From a virus (taxonomy: Duplodnaviria; Caudoviricetes), in the IMG/VR virus record IMGVR_UViG_3300044852_000015, positions 160,001 through 224,000 of that record: 64,000 bases of DNA; one strand, written 5' to 3'. The translations under genes and the position numbers were made by a program. The notes beneath the pieces were generated by a model. The model was not told the DNA's origin and ran no database searches. It saw nothing but the letters and a program-made list of their open reading frames with translations. Shown here piece by piece: positions 43,981 to 55,900 of the stretch (position 1 is the stretch's first letter; each line of letters starts with the position of its first letter).

Positions 43981-46900
43981 CTAACCTTTTTTGTACGCCT
44001 CTACTACCTTCTTGCTCAACACCTTCAACAGAGTTGTGGTGGTCCCGATCAACTCAGGAGAGAGACAGATCCGGTTTGAGAAACTGGTGTACGAGAAGAT
44101 GGCATCCAAGTCTTCGCCAGACTCAGTCTGGTTACGACCTGACATGACCCGACCAAAGATAGTCTTCATCTGGTTGACGAACACACCTTTGTCACCTACC
44201 CCAGCAGACACGCGAGTTGTGATGTAGACGCGAATAGCCATAGAATCCATGTTCAAAGGATTACCAGCCACTCGCAAAGCACCGTCAACGCTACCCGTCA
44301 GCACTTTACGGTTGAGGTTCTTGGAGAGCTTAGCACGCTCCTTGTCACCCAGATCCGCAATCGCCCGCAGGCTTGGAGACATGTCTTCTTTGTCCCCGTT
44401 GTAGAACACTTCAATGCGTTCGATCACGCCATTGTGCTTCGCCTTCGGAGTCTGAGACCCCAGCAAACGCAGCGTATCAATGGTGTCTTCATCGAACAGA
44501 TCAGTGTTCGCCGTAACAGCGTCTTCGATAGTACATAAAATATCCTCACTATCGACCGTTTGCCCAGCCTTGACGAAGTTACGCAAGGTCTGATCAAACG
44601 TTACAACGATGTCCCGGATCTCTGTGACCGAGGTGGTCATCAGCTTTGCAACACGCTCAGAGATGATCGAGGAGTCTTCCAGGGTATCCGCACACTCGAG
44701 GATCGCAGTCCGCACCATCACACCCGTTTTCATCGAAACCTGTTTAGGGTTCAGAGTAGACGGTTGGAAGTACAGGGTGTTGTAGGAGATCACGTCACCC
44801 GCTTTCACCTTCTGTCCGAGTTTGAGATCAGACTTCAAGTTGTGTGGGAATGTCTTACCCGCAACTGTACCGAAACGACGACCGAGTTCTACGGACTTGG
44901 TGCTACCGTCTTTATATTGCACGGTAACGGCGTCTTCACCAATCGCAGTGATCTGTCCATCGTCTTTCGCCGTGTAAGCAAACAGGTCATTCACACGGTG
45001 AGCGATTACTTCGTCGTAGCCAGTCTGGACCGGTTGGACTTGGTAACCTTCAGAGAACATGGTCGAGTGATACTGAATGCCGATAAAGTTAACCCGCTTA
45101 GGGTCATCTCGGTCAGCACAAGGAGACACCAACGCAGCGGTTGAGATCAACTTGGTAGCACCGTCCACCCCTGGCTTGTAACGTCCAGAGATACCACGCA
45201 GCGAAGTGAAGTTAGGGTCAGCCGTCAAGAACGTCGAGATAGCTACGTCACCGGAGTCCACTGTCGACTCGGAGATTACTCCCATGTCGTTAGGGTGGAA
45301 CACACGAGAACGTTTCACCATCGAACGACGGGAACGACCACCCACACCACCGAAGGTCACAGCCTCTTGGGTACGCAAGCACTCAATTGGGTTGGACTCT
45401 TCCACCAGACCTTTCGACGGGTCTTCTTGAATGGACTGCCAGATAGCGTGTGGGGCCATCTCCAGTTTGTTACCTGAACTACCACGGCGAGCGTTGTGGA
45501 TACGAGTCGAACGAACAACCTCCGCATACACAGCACCAGCAATACGTTCGTAGCCTTTGATCCGCATGTACTCCATGTCAGTCTCAGCCGGTGCCCAATC
45601 AGTGACCAGCAACTCAGTTGCCCGAGTTAACAGTCCTTCCCACTGGGTAGGTTCTTTCATCTCTACGAGCAAGTCGTAGGTGACCGGATCGACGAACATG
45701 TCACGCAACAGATCCAGTTCACGCAAGAAGCGCACACCGATCTTGTTGGTTTCTAGAACGTTGAGATACACGTCCTTACGGTTGAAGTCATGAACGCTGT
45801 AGTTCTTGATCGTTTTGGCGTACGTGTTAAAGCCTTCCATCAACAACGCAATGACTTTATCGTCACGATGGAAGATCAGGTTCTCGTCAGCAAAGCGAAC
45901 CACGTATTCACCGTCAGCCAGCTTCAGTCGTTCACCGACCGGACTGCGACGGAACGAGGAAGGCTTGAGTGACTTGATGACGCGTTCCAGACCGAGGTAG
46001 TAGCTGAGCACCAGACCCAAAGGAATGGTCTTGTTGAATACCCGCAGCTCCGCCATCTCCATTGGAGCATTCGTGATGTCGAGGTCCAACAGCTCTTCGA
46101 TCTTACCGAGGGGTTCCAAGCCGCGTGCTTTGACAGCGTAGAGGGTGTCGAATTGATCGACCAGTACCAGTTCAGTACCTTTGCGACCGATGACTACCAG
46201 CCCCTTCCCTTCTGCCGCGTGTACAGCCTTAGCACCAAACTCTTCTTCGCGCTTGGTGTACTCCAGCACGAACTCAATCCCCACCGCTTTAAAGCGACGG
46301 AAGTGTTGAGCCAGCGTACTGTAAAGCTTTGGTACGTTGAGCAGGTGATCGAACACGTTCGACGGTTTCATGTCCGTCACACGAGGGTCTTTGTCATCCA
46401 GACCGATAGCTCGGATTTTGTTGCACAACCATTTCGGGTAATCGTTTACAGCTCGTTCTGAGCGATCAACGAACACTTTACCGTAATAGCTAGTGAGAGC
46501 AACACGGGACGAACTAACCTTGCGAATCGGTACATCGCCACGCTGCTTACGAAGGCTGTACCGGACGCCGTTTGCCAGATATGATCCATCAGAGTCCACC
46601 TTAGGAATCTTGAAACGAATAGTCGATGACTGCCCAGTAGCAGGCGTCAGTTTGATGGTGTGGATCTCGTAGTGGTTCAGAACGTCTTCCACGTCCTCAA
46701 CTTCGTACGAGGTGACAGCCACGCCAGCATTCTGAATCGACATCACCGAATTCACCACGTCCTTAGGAAGGATGTCTTCGATGTAACGTTTGTCGAACTC
46801 GAGCAAAGACGATTGCAACATCGACTTGTCGAATACCGTTGGCGAGTCTGGGATCAGCACCGGCTTGGTGATCTTCAGCGACTCAGGTTTGATAACCATG

Positions 46901-48240
46901 TGGTCAGCCAGAGTACCTTTACCGTACGGGTTCGGGATCTCTTTGTAGCTGTTGGCGAGTTTCATCAAACGACGATACTCAGCCCCGGAGACCATTCCCG
47001 TGTCAGCCAGTTCATTGGCCTTCTCGATGATCCCTTGGTCCATCCCTTTGCGCTCACCACCGATCACAATCAGGTCAGTAGCGGCCAGTGCGTCACCTTC
47101 AGCGGCCTCAGCATTTTCTTCGATCATGGTGAGACCATCAAGGTCTTTGTCCAGATCGTCGTCCATCAAACCGTCTTTCTTGGCCTGCTCCAAGTCTTCC
47201 TTAAGATGACGTTCCATCTCTTCTTGGAAGCTAGCGTCGGAGATCATCTCCTCTTCGTCAGTCAAGGCTTCGGGTTGCATGTCCTCAGCACGACGTTTCG
47301 GAGTAGGCTTCTTCTCGTTGTCCACCCCGTGTAAGTCGTCTTCGTCGTCCTCTTGCTCAGCCTCGTCTTCGATGTCCACGATGGTGTGGGCTTCTTGGAG
47401 AGTCATCATGGCCTTGAGGAAACGTTTCTGTAAGACAAAAGGATCAACCCCTTCAGTCTTCTTCCCGTCGACAATCTTAGCACGCCACGAGTCCAGTAGA
47501 CCCAAGTTGATACAGAACCATTTATCTTGGCTCTGGAACACCATGTTGACTTTGGAGAGGTTGGCTTCCTTGAGGTTACCCATCGGCGATTCGGCACGTA
47601 ACTCACCCAACCACTGAAACATGTCCAACAGGTTGTAAGTTTCCCAACCTTGGAGTTTGCTCAACGTAGTTCGGTCGATGCGCTTCTCAGCCAACCGCAA
47701 GGCGGGGAGAGCAGGCAACACCGGCGGCAGGATCATCCGTACGAACTGACAACGCTCAGGCTGGGCATCAATCAGCTTGTCCATGTGCTTCCACATCGTG
47801 TGGCGAATGTTCACCCAACGGTAGTAGTTAGCAAAGAAGCTGGTGGTGTAGCGCTTAGTGAACAGCAACGGTGCGAAGTTCTCACACACAAGTGTCCGCT
47901 GGTTTGCAAACGCAGCTTGAGGGTTCACCAACAGACGGAGCTTAGTCCGGTTCTTCCGTTGGTAGTCCCGTAGCGGTTTACCCATGATGAACGGAGTCAC
48001 CTTCGGATTACCGACCTCACTCTGCATCTCAGTGATGTGTTCGATAAAGACCATGCGTTCTGCGGTCTTGATCAGCGGGTCTTCCACTGACGGACCGAAG
48101 TTCACCGTGTCTTCAGGGAACCAGTTGATTACCGCCCCCTGTGGGAGCGCTAACTTACCGATCCCAAACGTGACAGGTAGCGTAAAGTTCGGGAGACGAC
48201 GCACACCGAACCGACGGTACCAAATGGGGTACAGAATCAT
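43981..48240 (-). CDS. Virion RNA polymerase beta-like subunit (phiKZ gp178-like)
   Basis: 1419 aa; SESTVDSGDV, DRDDPKR, EDS..IS and GDKGVFVNQMK match beta-subunit conserved blocks. Confidence 0.9.
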   Translation of the reverse strand: MILYPIWYRRFGVRRLPNFTLPVTFGIGKLALPQGAVINWFPEDTVNFGPSVEDPLIKTAERMVFIEHITEMQSEVGNPKVTPFIMGKPLRDYQRKNRTKLRLLVNPQAAFANQRTLVCENFAPLLFTKRYTTSFFANYYRWVNIRHTMWKHMDKLIDAQPERCQFVRMILPPVLPALPALRLAEKRIDRTTLSKLQGWETYNLLDMFQWLGELRAESPMGNLKEANLSKVNMVFQSQDKWFCINLGLLDSWRAKIVDGKKTEGVDPFVLQKRFLKAMMTLQEAHTIVDIEDEAEQEDDEDDLHGVDNEKKPTPKRRAEDMQPEALTDEEEMISDASFQEEMERHLKEDLEQAKKDGLMDDDLDKDLDGLTMIEENAEAAEGDALAATDLIVIGGERKGMDQGIIEKANELADTGMVSGAEYRRLMKLANSYKEIPNPYGKGTLADHMVIKPESLKITKPVLIPDSPTVFDKSMLQSSLLEFDKRYIEDILPKDVVNSVMSIQNAGVAVTSYEVEDVEDVLNHYEIHTIKLTPATGQSSTIRFKIPKVDSDGSYLANGVRYSLRKQRGDVPIRKVSSSRVALTSYYGKVFVDRSERAVNDYPKWLCNKIRAIGLDDKDPRVTDMKPSNVFDHLLNVPKLYSTLAQHFRRFKAVGIEFVLEYTKREEEFGAKAVHAAEGKGLVVIGRKGTELVLVDQFDTLYAVKARGLEPLGKIEELLDLDITNAPMEMAELRVFNKTIPLGLVLSYYLGLERVIKSLKPSSFRRSPVGERLKLADGEYVVRFADENLIFHRDDKVIALLMEGFNTYAKTIKNYSVHDFNRKDVYLNVLETNKIGVRFLRELDLLRDMFVDPVTYDLLVEMKEPTQWEGLLTRATELLVTDWAPAETDMEYMRIKGYERIAGAVYAEVVRSTRIHNARRGSSGNKLEMAPHAIWQSIQEDPSKGLVEESNPIECLRTQEAVTFGGVGGRSRRSMVKRSRVFHPNDMGVISESTVDSGDVAISTFLTADPNFTSLRGISGRYKPGVDGATKLISTAALVSPCADRDDPKRVNFIGIQYHSTMFSEGYQVQPVQTGYDEVIAHRVNDLFAYTAKDDGQITAIGEDAVTVQYKDGSTKSVELGRRFGTVAGKTFPHNLKSDLKLGQKVKAGDVISYNTLYFQPSTLNPKQVSMKTGVMVRTAILECADTLEDSSIISERVAKLMTTSVTEIRDIVVTFDQTLRNFVKAGQTVDSEDILCTIEDAVTANTDLFDEDTIDTLRLLGSQTPKAKHNGVIERIEVFYNGDKEDMSPSLRAIADLGDKERAKLSKNLNRKVLTGSVDGALRVAGNPLNMDSMAIRVYITTRVSAGVGDKGVFVNQMKTIFGRVMSGRNQTESGEDLDAIFSYTSFSNRICLSPELIGTTTTLLKVLSKKVVEAYKKG

Positions 48241-48243
48241 GGA

Positions 48244-49881
48244 TTAATCTCCGGTCATATTTCTCAAAACAAGTTTCACCGTGGTTACGTTACACGAAGC
48301 ACGGAAGCCACCACGGGGGTCCAAGAATGCTTCACGACTGTTGAGCAGCTTGTCGATCTCTGCTATAGCCTCAGAGGTGTAGACCAGAGTGGACGAAGCC
48401 GTGTCACCGTCGAAGTCGGCATCCAGACCCGCAAGACGTGACGGGTGAATTACTTGACTGTCCACGAAAGCGTTCGGTAAACGAGTTGGGAATTCCAACG
48501 TCATAAACTCATCGCCCATCCGTTGCCAGTGTTGATCCAGCTCGTAGCGCATCTCGCCCACAATACTGGTCTTGGTGTAGATCGTCGAAGGGTAGGTCGA
48601 ACCAATACCAATTACTGGGTATCGAGTTACGATGGTCTTCAAGGTGTTCCACTTGCGGTAGCCCGACAGGTAGAGCAGCTCAACCAACGTAATCGGCTCC
48701 ACGAACTTACGATCGAAGCCTTCTGGCAATTCGTCGATGTCCCCAAAGATACGGAACGTCATGTCCGGACCTTTGTAGATCAGGCCGAGGTAACGTCCTT
48801 CCACCACGATGGGTTTGTGACGGTTCTCCACAATCCGGTAAGACTCGATGACCTTCTCCAAACCTTCCACGGTGATCCAACGGTCACGAGTGTCCGAAGG
48901 CAAGTCAACCATCTCAGACTTCAGAGTTTTAGCATCCACCAACTTCGCAGTTGTAGCAGAACCACCCACTGAGAACACTTCACCCAACCAACCGTTACGC
49001 AGCAAGTTGATGGTCAGTGGCAACGCCCCTTTGATCACTTGGAACAGACCGAGGATCGTGTCCGTGTAGTCAGGGGCCTGTACGCCATCCAGATCCGCTG
49101 TGGAGGTGTCCATCGCCGAGATGACGTTTCGAGTACCGTTAAAGATACGTCGAGAACCGAACTTCTCTTGGATGAAACCTTTCTTCCCGGTAATCATTCC
49201 GAGGACGGTGTCGTAGATGTCGTTGAAGCCCATCTGGAGCGACTTACGGCTGTTGTCGTACAACGGGGAGGTTTCTGCCCCATCAGCCCCTACGATGACT
49301 TTAGAGGCTCCGAGGATGCGACGGTACACGTCGTTGATTTCATCCTCAGTACCACGCCCACTGGCATCAATCACAAAGTCACGCAAGCCGGCTGGCATCA
49401 CGAGGATTTGTTTGGTGGTGGAGATGGCAATGTACTTCTGAATCATCTTGATTCGTTCAGTACGAACCGGAGACTTGGAGTCTTTGAACTTGATCTTCTT
49501 CCAGTGTTTCAAGAAGAAAGCGTAGCCCGTCTCACCAGTCATTTCGTTGGCTGGGACGAAGTCACTCTCCTCATTACTCCACTGAGCATAAGCAGTACCA
49601 CCCATGATGTCGCGGTACAGAGAACGCAACTGCACCAAAGCGCGGTAAATAGTAGGATGAAGGACATTCAAGTGCATGTCGATATAAGAGAACTTCTGAT
49701 CTCGAATTTCGTCACCCACTCGACCGAAAGTCAACACTGAGAACAGCCCATCTTCATGGAAGTTGCCAGTAACTTGATCGTAAACGTCCGGGGACTTTAC
49801 GGGACGTAACATCTTGAGTTTCTCAGGAGTAAGATTCAAGATGGAAACGTTAAAAGGAATCTGACTATTTTTCATTGGCAA
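48244..49881 (-). CDS. Virion RNA polymerase beta-prime-like catalytic subunit (phiKZ gp180-like)
   Basis: DGLFS..TFG, GKKG, RYP and catalytic DADFDGD. Confidence 0.93.
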   Translation of the reverse strand: MPMKNSQIPFNVSILNLTPEKLKMLRPVKSPDVYDQVTGNFHEDGLFSVLTFGRVGDEIRDQKFSYIDMHLNVLHPTIYRALVQLRSLYRDIMGGTAYAQWSNEESDFVPANEMTGETGYAFFLKHWKKIKFKDSKSPVRTERIKMIQKYIAISTTKQILVMPAGLRDFVIDASGRGTEDEINDVYRRILGASKVIVGADGAETSPLYDNSRKSLQMGFNDIYDTVLGMITGKKGFIQEKFGSRRIFNGTRNVISAMDTSTADLDGVQAPDYTDTILGLFQVIKGALPLTINLLRNGWLGEVFSVGGSATTAKLVDAKTLKSEMVDLPSDTRDRWITVEGLEKVIESYRIVENRHKPIVVEGRYLGLIYKGPDMTFRIFGDIDELPEGFDRKFVEPITLVELLYLSGYRKWNTLKTIVTRYPVIGIGSTYPSTIYTKTSIVGEMRYELDQHWQRMGDEFMTLEFPTRLPNAFVDSQVIHPSRLAGLDADFDGDTASSTLVYTSEAIAEIDKLLNSREAFLDPRGGFRASCNVTTVKLVLRNMTGD

Positions 49882-49936
49882 CTCTCAGGAATTTATATGA
49901 ATACCAATACTTCACCCAAGAGCCGGGAGCGTAACC

Positions 49937-52900
49937 ATGGCTAAGGATAAGAACGAAATTGGGGATGACGATCTAGACAATTGGGATGACATGGGCTTCG
50001 GTGATGACGACTTTGCCGACTTCGATGCTCCTCCTCCCAAAGACGATCGTAAACCTGTGGTTAAAGTTGCAACCTCGTTCTTAAAAGGTGCGGCTGAAGA
50101 ACTGACAGACCCCAGCAGGGTTCGCAAGATGGCCCTGGATGCGTTACCAGATGGCTACGGTAAAGCGACTAATCTCGCCGATACCATAGCGTCAACTGGA
50201 CGCGAACTATACCATACGACCGCCGAGGAATTGAAGCCTGTAATAAAAGACGCAAAGCGCGTCGCACGGCGGGTACTGCCTCTTACAAAAAGTTTACTGC
50301 CAGAGAAACTCCAAAAGAAACTGGAGGACATGACTACTGACAACGACTACAAAGGTCCGTCGGTAGATCAGACTCGTGACGCTCAGATCAACTCTGAAGT
50401 CGCTGACATCTTCAAGCTTCAGATGGAGAACGATGCTCGAGACAAAGCAGAAGGCGAACTAGCAGACGCTACCAAAACCAAACAAGAGTCAGCTCGGTTT
50501 AAGACTGAGTTGCAAACTCTTAATGCAATCTTGGGTGGGATCAACCGTCAGGTTGCTTACCAAGATCAGATTGCTTCGAAGTATCAGAGAAAGCATCTGG
50601 AGCTACAATTCCTCCAGTACTTCACTCTGCGGGACACGTACGAGTTGCACAAGGCTTCCTCTAAGGAATCCAAACAGCAACTCGACATCATCGCCAAGAA
50701 CACCGGTCTCCCCGAGTACGTTAAGTCGAACATGGGTGAGCAAGCCAGTCACTTGTTCCGTGAACGGTTGTTGAATGCGGCTTCGTCGAAAGTGAACCAG
50801 TTCGCTAAGGGCTATATCGACAAGTACAAAGACAACATCATCAAAGCCGGTAAGGAAAACATCGGGGCGTTTAAAGACGCTGCAATGAACGGCATTATGT
50901 CGGGCGATGCACTCTTGGACGCCCAAGAGTCGATGGCTGACGTTGGAGAACAGTCAGACAAGTACAAGACGGCTGGTGGCTTCCTCGGCGGTCAAGCTGG
51001 TGGTTGGTTGGGTGGCAAGCTCTCCAAGTTTGCCAAACCTCTGTTGGAGAAACATCCCGGCATTGGTAAGATGGGTAACAAGCTGGAATACGGGGTGGAT
51101 AACTTTGCCTCACTGGCTTCCGATTGGGCGAAGAGTGACAAAGGTGAGAACACCGGCTTGGATTGGTGGAACAAAGCCCTGCGGGGCTTTAAGAACCTGT
51201 CACCGACTGAAGTGTCTGATTCCGGCTTAGGTGACACTGACCTCACCAAGTCTCAGGACGCGGTACCGTTCAACCATCTGGCTCGCAAAACACTCACGGA
51301 CATTATCCCTGGCTACCTGTCTCGGATTCACCATGAGTTGGCAATCATCCGTACAGGTGATCCTTCCATCCAACGGTTGGGTTACGACCTGAAGGACGGT
51401 AGCTTTGCGAACATGGACAAAGTTACCAAGTCGATGGGTTCGGTCATGTTCAAACAGACTGAGAACTTCGACAAGGTTAAAGACACCACTAACGGTCTGA
51501 TCGACGGTCTGGAAACGAAACACGGGAAGAAATTCTCAGACGTCCAACGTAAGGCGCTCTATGACAAGTTCATTGGCGAAGCTGCGTCGGGACAAGGTCG
51601 TTTCGATGTCAAGAAGTTCTCTGACGTTGACCAATGGAAAGACCTGAGCGATGACGACGCTCTGCAACTGTCCTACATGTTCAGTGACGATGTTGGTGAA
51701 GACCAACAGAATAAATACTCGAAAGAGTTCTTGAAGATCCGCGAAGGCGTCAACAACCCGACTGACGCTATTAAAGGTCTGATTGATTCTGGTCAACTCG
51801 AGAGTATGCGAGCACTGGGTCTGGTTACGGGTGAAGGTGACGATCGGAAGGTATCACAGGAACGTATCGTAGACATCCTACGGAATGGAGGTTTCGGTGA
51901 ACCGACTGCTGACAGAAACCCTCCTAATGGTCATCCTCCTGGCAATCTTAACAATCGTCCAGGTGGTGGAGGTCCTCTTGGCGATCTTCGCAATGCCAGC
52001 GATGCTCCTAAGGCTGCTGGGGCGAATCCTGGGGGGCTAGACACACCGAAGAACCCTAACGATTTCATGGAGACCATTGGGGAATACCAGATGTTGCTGT
52101 TGGAGGACATCCGTAAGGGTATCGCCAATCCGCAAGCACTGGCTCAGTACGCTGACGCTGCACGCAGTGACCCTAAAGCAAGCGAGGAAGAATGTACGTG
52201 TGTCGACAAAATGATCGACGCCTACAAAGCAGGGAATGACGAACTGGCGCAACACTTGGCCAACGTCTACGAACTGCTCGCTTCCGGTCAGTTGCAAACC
52301 ATGTCGATGAACATGCCATTTGACGCTGAAGCCATGAAAGGTTTCAAAGGTTCTATCGGTCGTGGTCTCGGGAAGATCAAGAACGCTGGTAAGTGGGGCT
52401 TCGGGAAAGTTGGAGGCTTCTACAAAGGCGCGATGGATCTTCAAGGCAAGTTGATCAAGGGTGGCTTCAAGGGTGCGTGGGCTGGTGTCAAAGGCACTGG
52501 TAAAATGCTCTTCGGTAAAGGTAAAGAAAAGCTGAATGAGTGGGGTGATGTCTACATCAAAGGAACGGGTCGACCAATCCTGACGTGGGCTCAACTCAAG
52601 GCTGGTGAGTACTTAAACGAAGACGGTTCGCCGATCACTTCGTGGAAGGACGTCAAAGGTCCAGTGAAGAACAAAGCGGGTGAATACGTTCTGACGGCTG
52701 ACCAGTTTGCACGAGGGTTGGTGGATGAACACGCTCGTCCAATGTTCACCAAGATCAAAGACTTCGGGATGAAGTGGTTCGGGCGACTGAACAACATGAT
52801 CACTTCTCCATTCCGTGGGATTAAGGACGCTGTCAAAGGCACCTTTAACACGGTGAAGAACTTTGTGGAACGTCCACGAGACATGTACCTACCGGGTAAC

Positions 52901-55900
52901 CCAATACCGGTACTCCTAGCCTCCATCATGAAGGCAGGTGGTTACAAGAACTCGGACGGTTCGATCATCAAGAAGATGACTGACATCAAGGGGACTGTAT
53001 ACGACCTTGAGGGTAACGTTGTTATCTCGTTGGAATCTCTGAAGGCTGGTCTGGTAGACGTTGCTGGTAAGAAATTCAAGTCGTTGGGTGCTGCCGCTTG
53101 GGACGGTGCGAAGAAGCTGATTGGTGGGGCGTTCAGCCTTGGCAAGAAAGCTTTTAACTTCGGCAAGAACACGATGGCCAAAACCCTGGGCGGGCTGAAG
53201 AAAGGTGCTGGTAACCTCTTCAACAAAGGGAAGGGAATGCTGAAAGGCATGAAGGTCCCTGGAATGGGTGGTAGTTCAGAAATGATGGAAGTGATTGGTG
53301 AATACCAAATCCTTCTGCTCGAAGAGATTCGAGACGCTATCCGTGATCAGTCGCCTAAGCGGGTTAAAGGTGACTTTGATGGAGACGGTGTTCGTAACGG
53401 TGCTGGTGAAATGCTTAGTGCAGGTCGCAAGAAGAACCGTGAGGAACGTGAGGCCAAACAGAAAGCCCGTGAGGAAGAACGTAACAAAGGTAAAGGTGAG
53501 AAGAAGGGAGGTCTCCTTGGACTGCTGGGTATGATTGCCGGTGGTGTGATGGGGATGGCTAAGAACCTTCTGAGTCTGCCGAAAGCTTTGATGACGATGG
53601 CCAAGTCGTTGAGCGTGTTGAAAGGCTTGTCTAACCTGATTCCCGGTGGTAAGACACTTGGGAAATTGGGTCGTGGAGCCATGGCTGTCGGTCGTGGTGT
53701 GATGGGTGCTGGTGGTATGCTTGGCCGCGCTGCGATGGGTGTGGGTCGTCTGGCGCTGGGTGGTACCGGTACGTTGCTCCGTGGTGCTTGGGCTGTTGGC
53801 TCAATGGCAGTCGGTGTACTGGGTGCTCCTGTCGTGTTGGGTATCGCTGCGGCTGCGGCTATTGGTTATCTCGGGTTCAAGGCTTGGAAGGCTTACAAGA
53901 AATCCAAGAACTCTGACCTGTTGAAATACCGAGTAGCACAGTACGGTCTCGACTACGACGATAACGACCAGACCAGCAAAGTGTTTGAGTTGGAAAGTAT
54001 CATTGGTCCGAACATCAAGTTCAACTCTAAGGCCCCAACGATCGACTGGAAGAACGTTGATGTTAAACGTGTCCGTGAGATCTTCGGGATTAAGGAAGAT
54101 GACCCTGAGGCTATCCAACGCTTCGGTAAGTGGTTCGAAACTCGTTTCGGTCCTATCTTCGTTAGTCACATGAAGATGCTCCAGAAGTTCTCGAAGGCGA
54201 CCAAGATTGAAGAGGCTGATGAAGCCGTCGACGTCAAGGACAAACTCAAGTTCCTCGAAGGCGTTCAAGTGGACGACGCAGATGCGACGTACGGGGAGAT
54301 GACCAGCCCCTTTGGTGAGGACGCTTTGTCCATGGGTCCTGCTGAGGTTAAGCGGGTCTATGATGAAGTGGTAGCCCACATCAAAGAGTCGATGCCGGAG
54401 AACAAAGACGCGAAAGGTCCGAAAGAGAGCTTGTTGTCCAAGGTCGGTAGTATGGCGGCTAACTTCACCCCAATGGGGCTCGCTGCAAAAGGTTTGATGG
54501 CGCTGTCCGATAAACTCGGGTTGGGCGATAAAGCTAAAGCAGTGGGTGGTTGGTTGTCTGAGCACGCTGACTCTATTGCTAAGGTGATGCCTGTCTTCGG
54601 ATTGGCTATCAAGGCTGTCGGTTGGCTCAAAGACAAGATCATGGGGAAGGAGTTCAAAGTCCCTAGTATCTTGAACCGTGATATTGACCCCCTGACGTCT
54701 ATTCGGTACCGGTTGTACGGTCTGTTGACAATGGAGTACGTGAGAGCGTCCCCGATCTCCAGACTGGAAGAGTTAGTCATCAAAGACATCTCCTACAACG
54801 GGGCGAAGAAAGCTGAGTGGGACGGTGACACTGACGCCGTCTGGAAAGAGTTGGGTAGTTCTTTTACCAACAACCCTGATTCAGAAGACGTTAAGTCCCG
54901 TTGGATGAAATGGTTCAGTGATCGTTTCCTCCCTGTCCTGATCTCGTACCTGACTGCGGTTCAGAAGTTCTTGTCTAACGGTAATCCATTCGAAGCTTAC
55001 GATCGCATCAAAGCGTCCCAGAGCTACGAGATTGCGCGGTTCATCAACGGTACAACCAGTAACGAAGAGAAAGACGGTCCGTCCGTCTGGACTGCTTCTC
55101 CTTCTCCATTCGATGACTATCAACTCAACACTGACTCCAGTGTAGTGAAACCTTTCATGGACGCTCTGCAAGAGGCTGCTAACAAAGAGACTCTGAACGA
55201 GAAGGTCAAGACGGGTCAAGCTGCGAAGGTTCAGGCACTGGTGGATAAAGTCACGGGCGGGTCTGGTGCGAATGGTCCCCCCAGTCCTTTGTATAAGGAC
55301 CGTGGTGTTGCCGAGCGTAGTGGTGCTCCTAAAGCTTTGCTCAAAGCCATGTACGGCGTGTTGCCGATGGCGGGTGGTGAAGCGGGCTACACGACCGGCG
55401 GTTTGGGTACTTTGGATGTGGGTGCTGGTTCCGGTGGTACGATTGCCGGGTTACCAGAAGTCACAGGTCCAGATGGTGAGTACTCGACCTACAAAGACAT
55501 GATCATTGCTGTGTCGAAGATGGTGGGGGTTGACCCTGGGTTGATGGCCACCATGGCGTCGATTGAATCGGGCTTCCGTGGCCGAGTCAAAGCCAGTACG
55601 TCGTCTGCTACAGGTCTGTATCAGTTCATCAGTGGTACTTGGAAAACCATGATTGCGAAGTACGGTGCGAAGTATGGACTCGATCCTAACACGCCACCGT
55701 CTGACCCTCGTGCCAACGCCTTGATGGGTGCTGAATACATCCGTGAGAACTCTGAGATCCTGAAAGCTAAAACAGGTCGGGCTCCTTCAGACACGGACAT
55801 CTACCTCGCTCACTTCTTGGGTCCTGGCGGTGCTGCTAAGTTGTTGAAGGCTGATCCTCAAGCCAACGCTGCTACGCTGATGCCGCAAGCTGCTTCTGCG

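Noticed and set aside
53365-53395. DFDGD inside the giant tail protein as an RNAP active site
   Set aside because: There is no surrounding RNAP context; the catalytic DADFDGD is in 48244-49881. It is coincidental or a calcium-binding-type loop.
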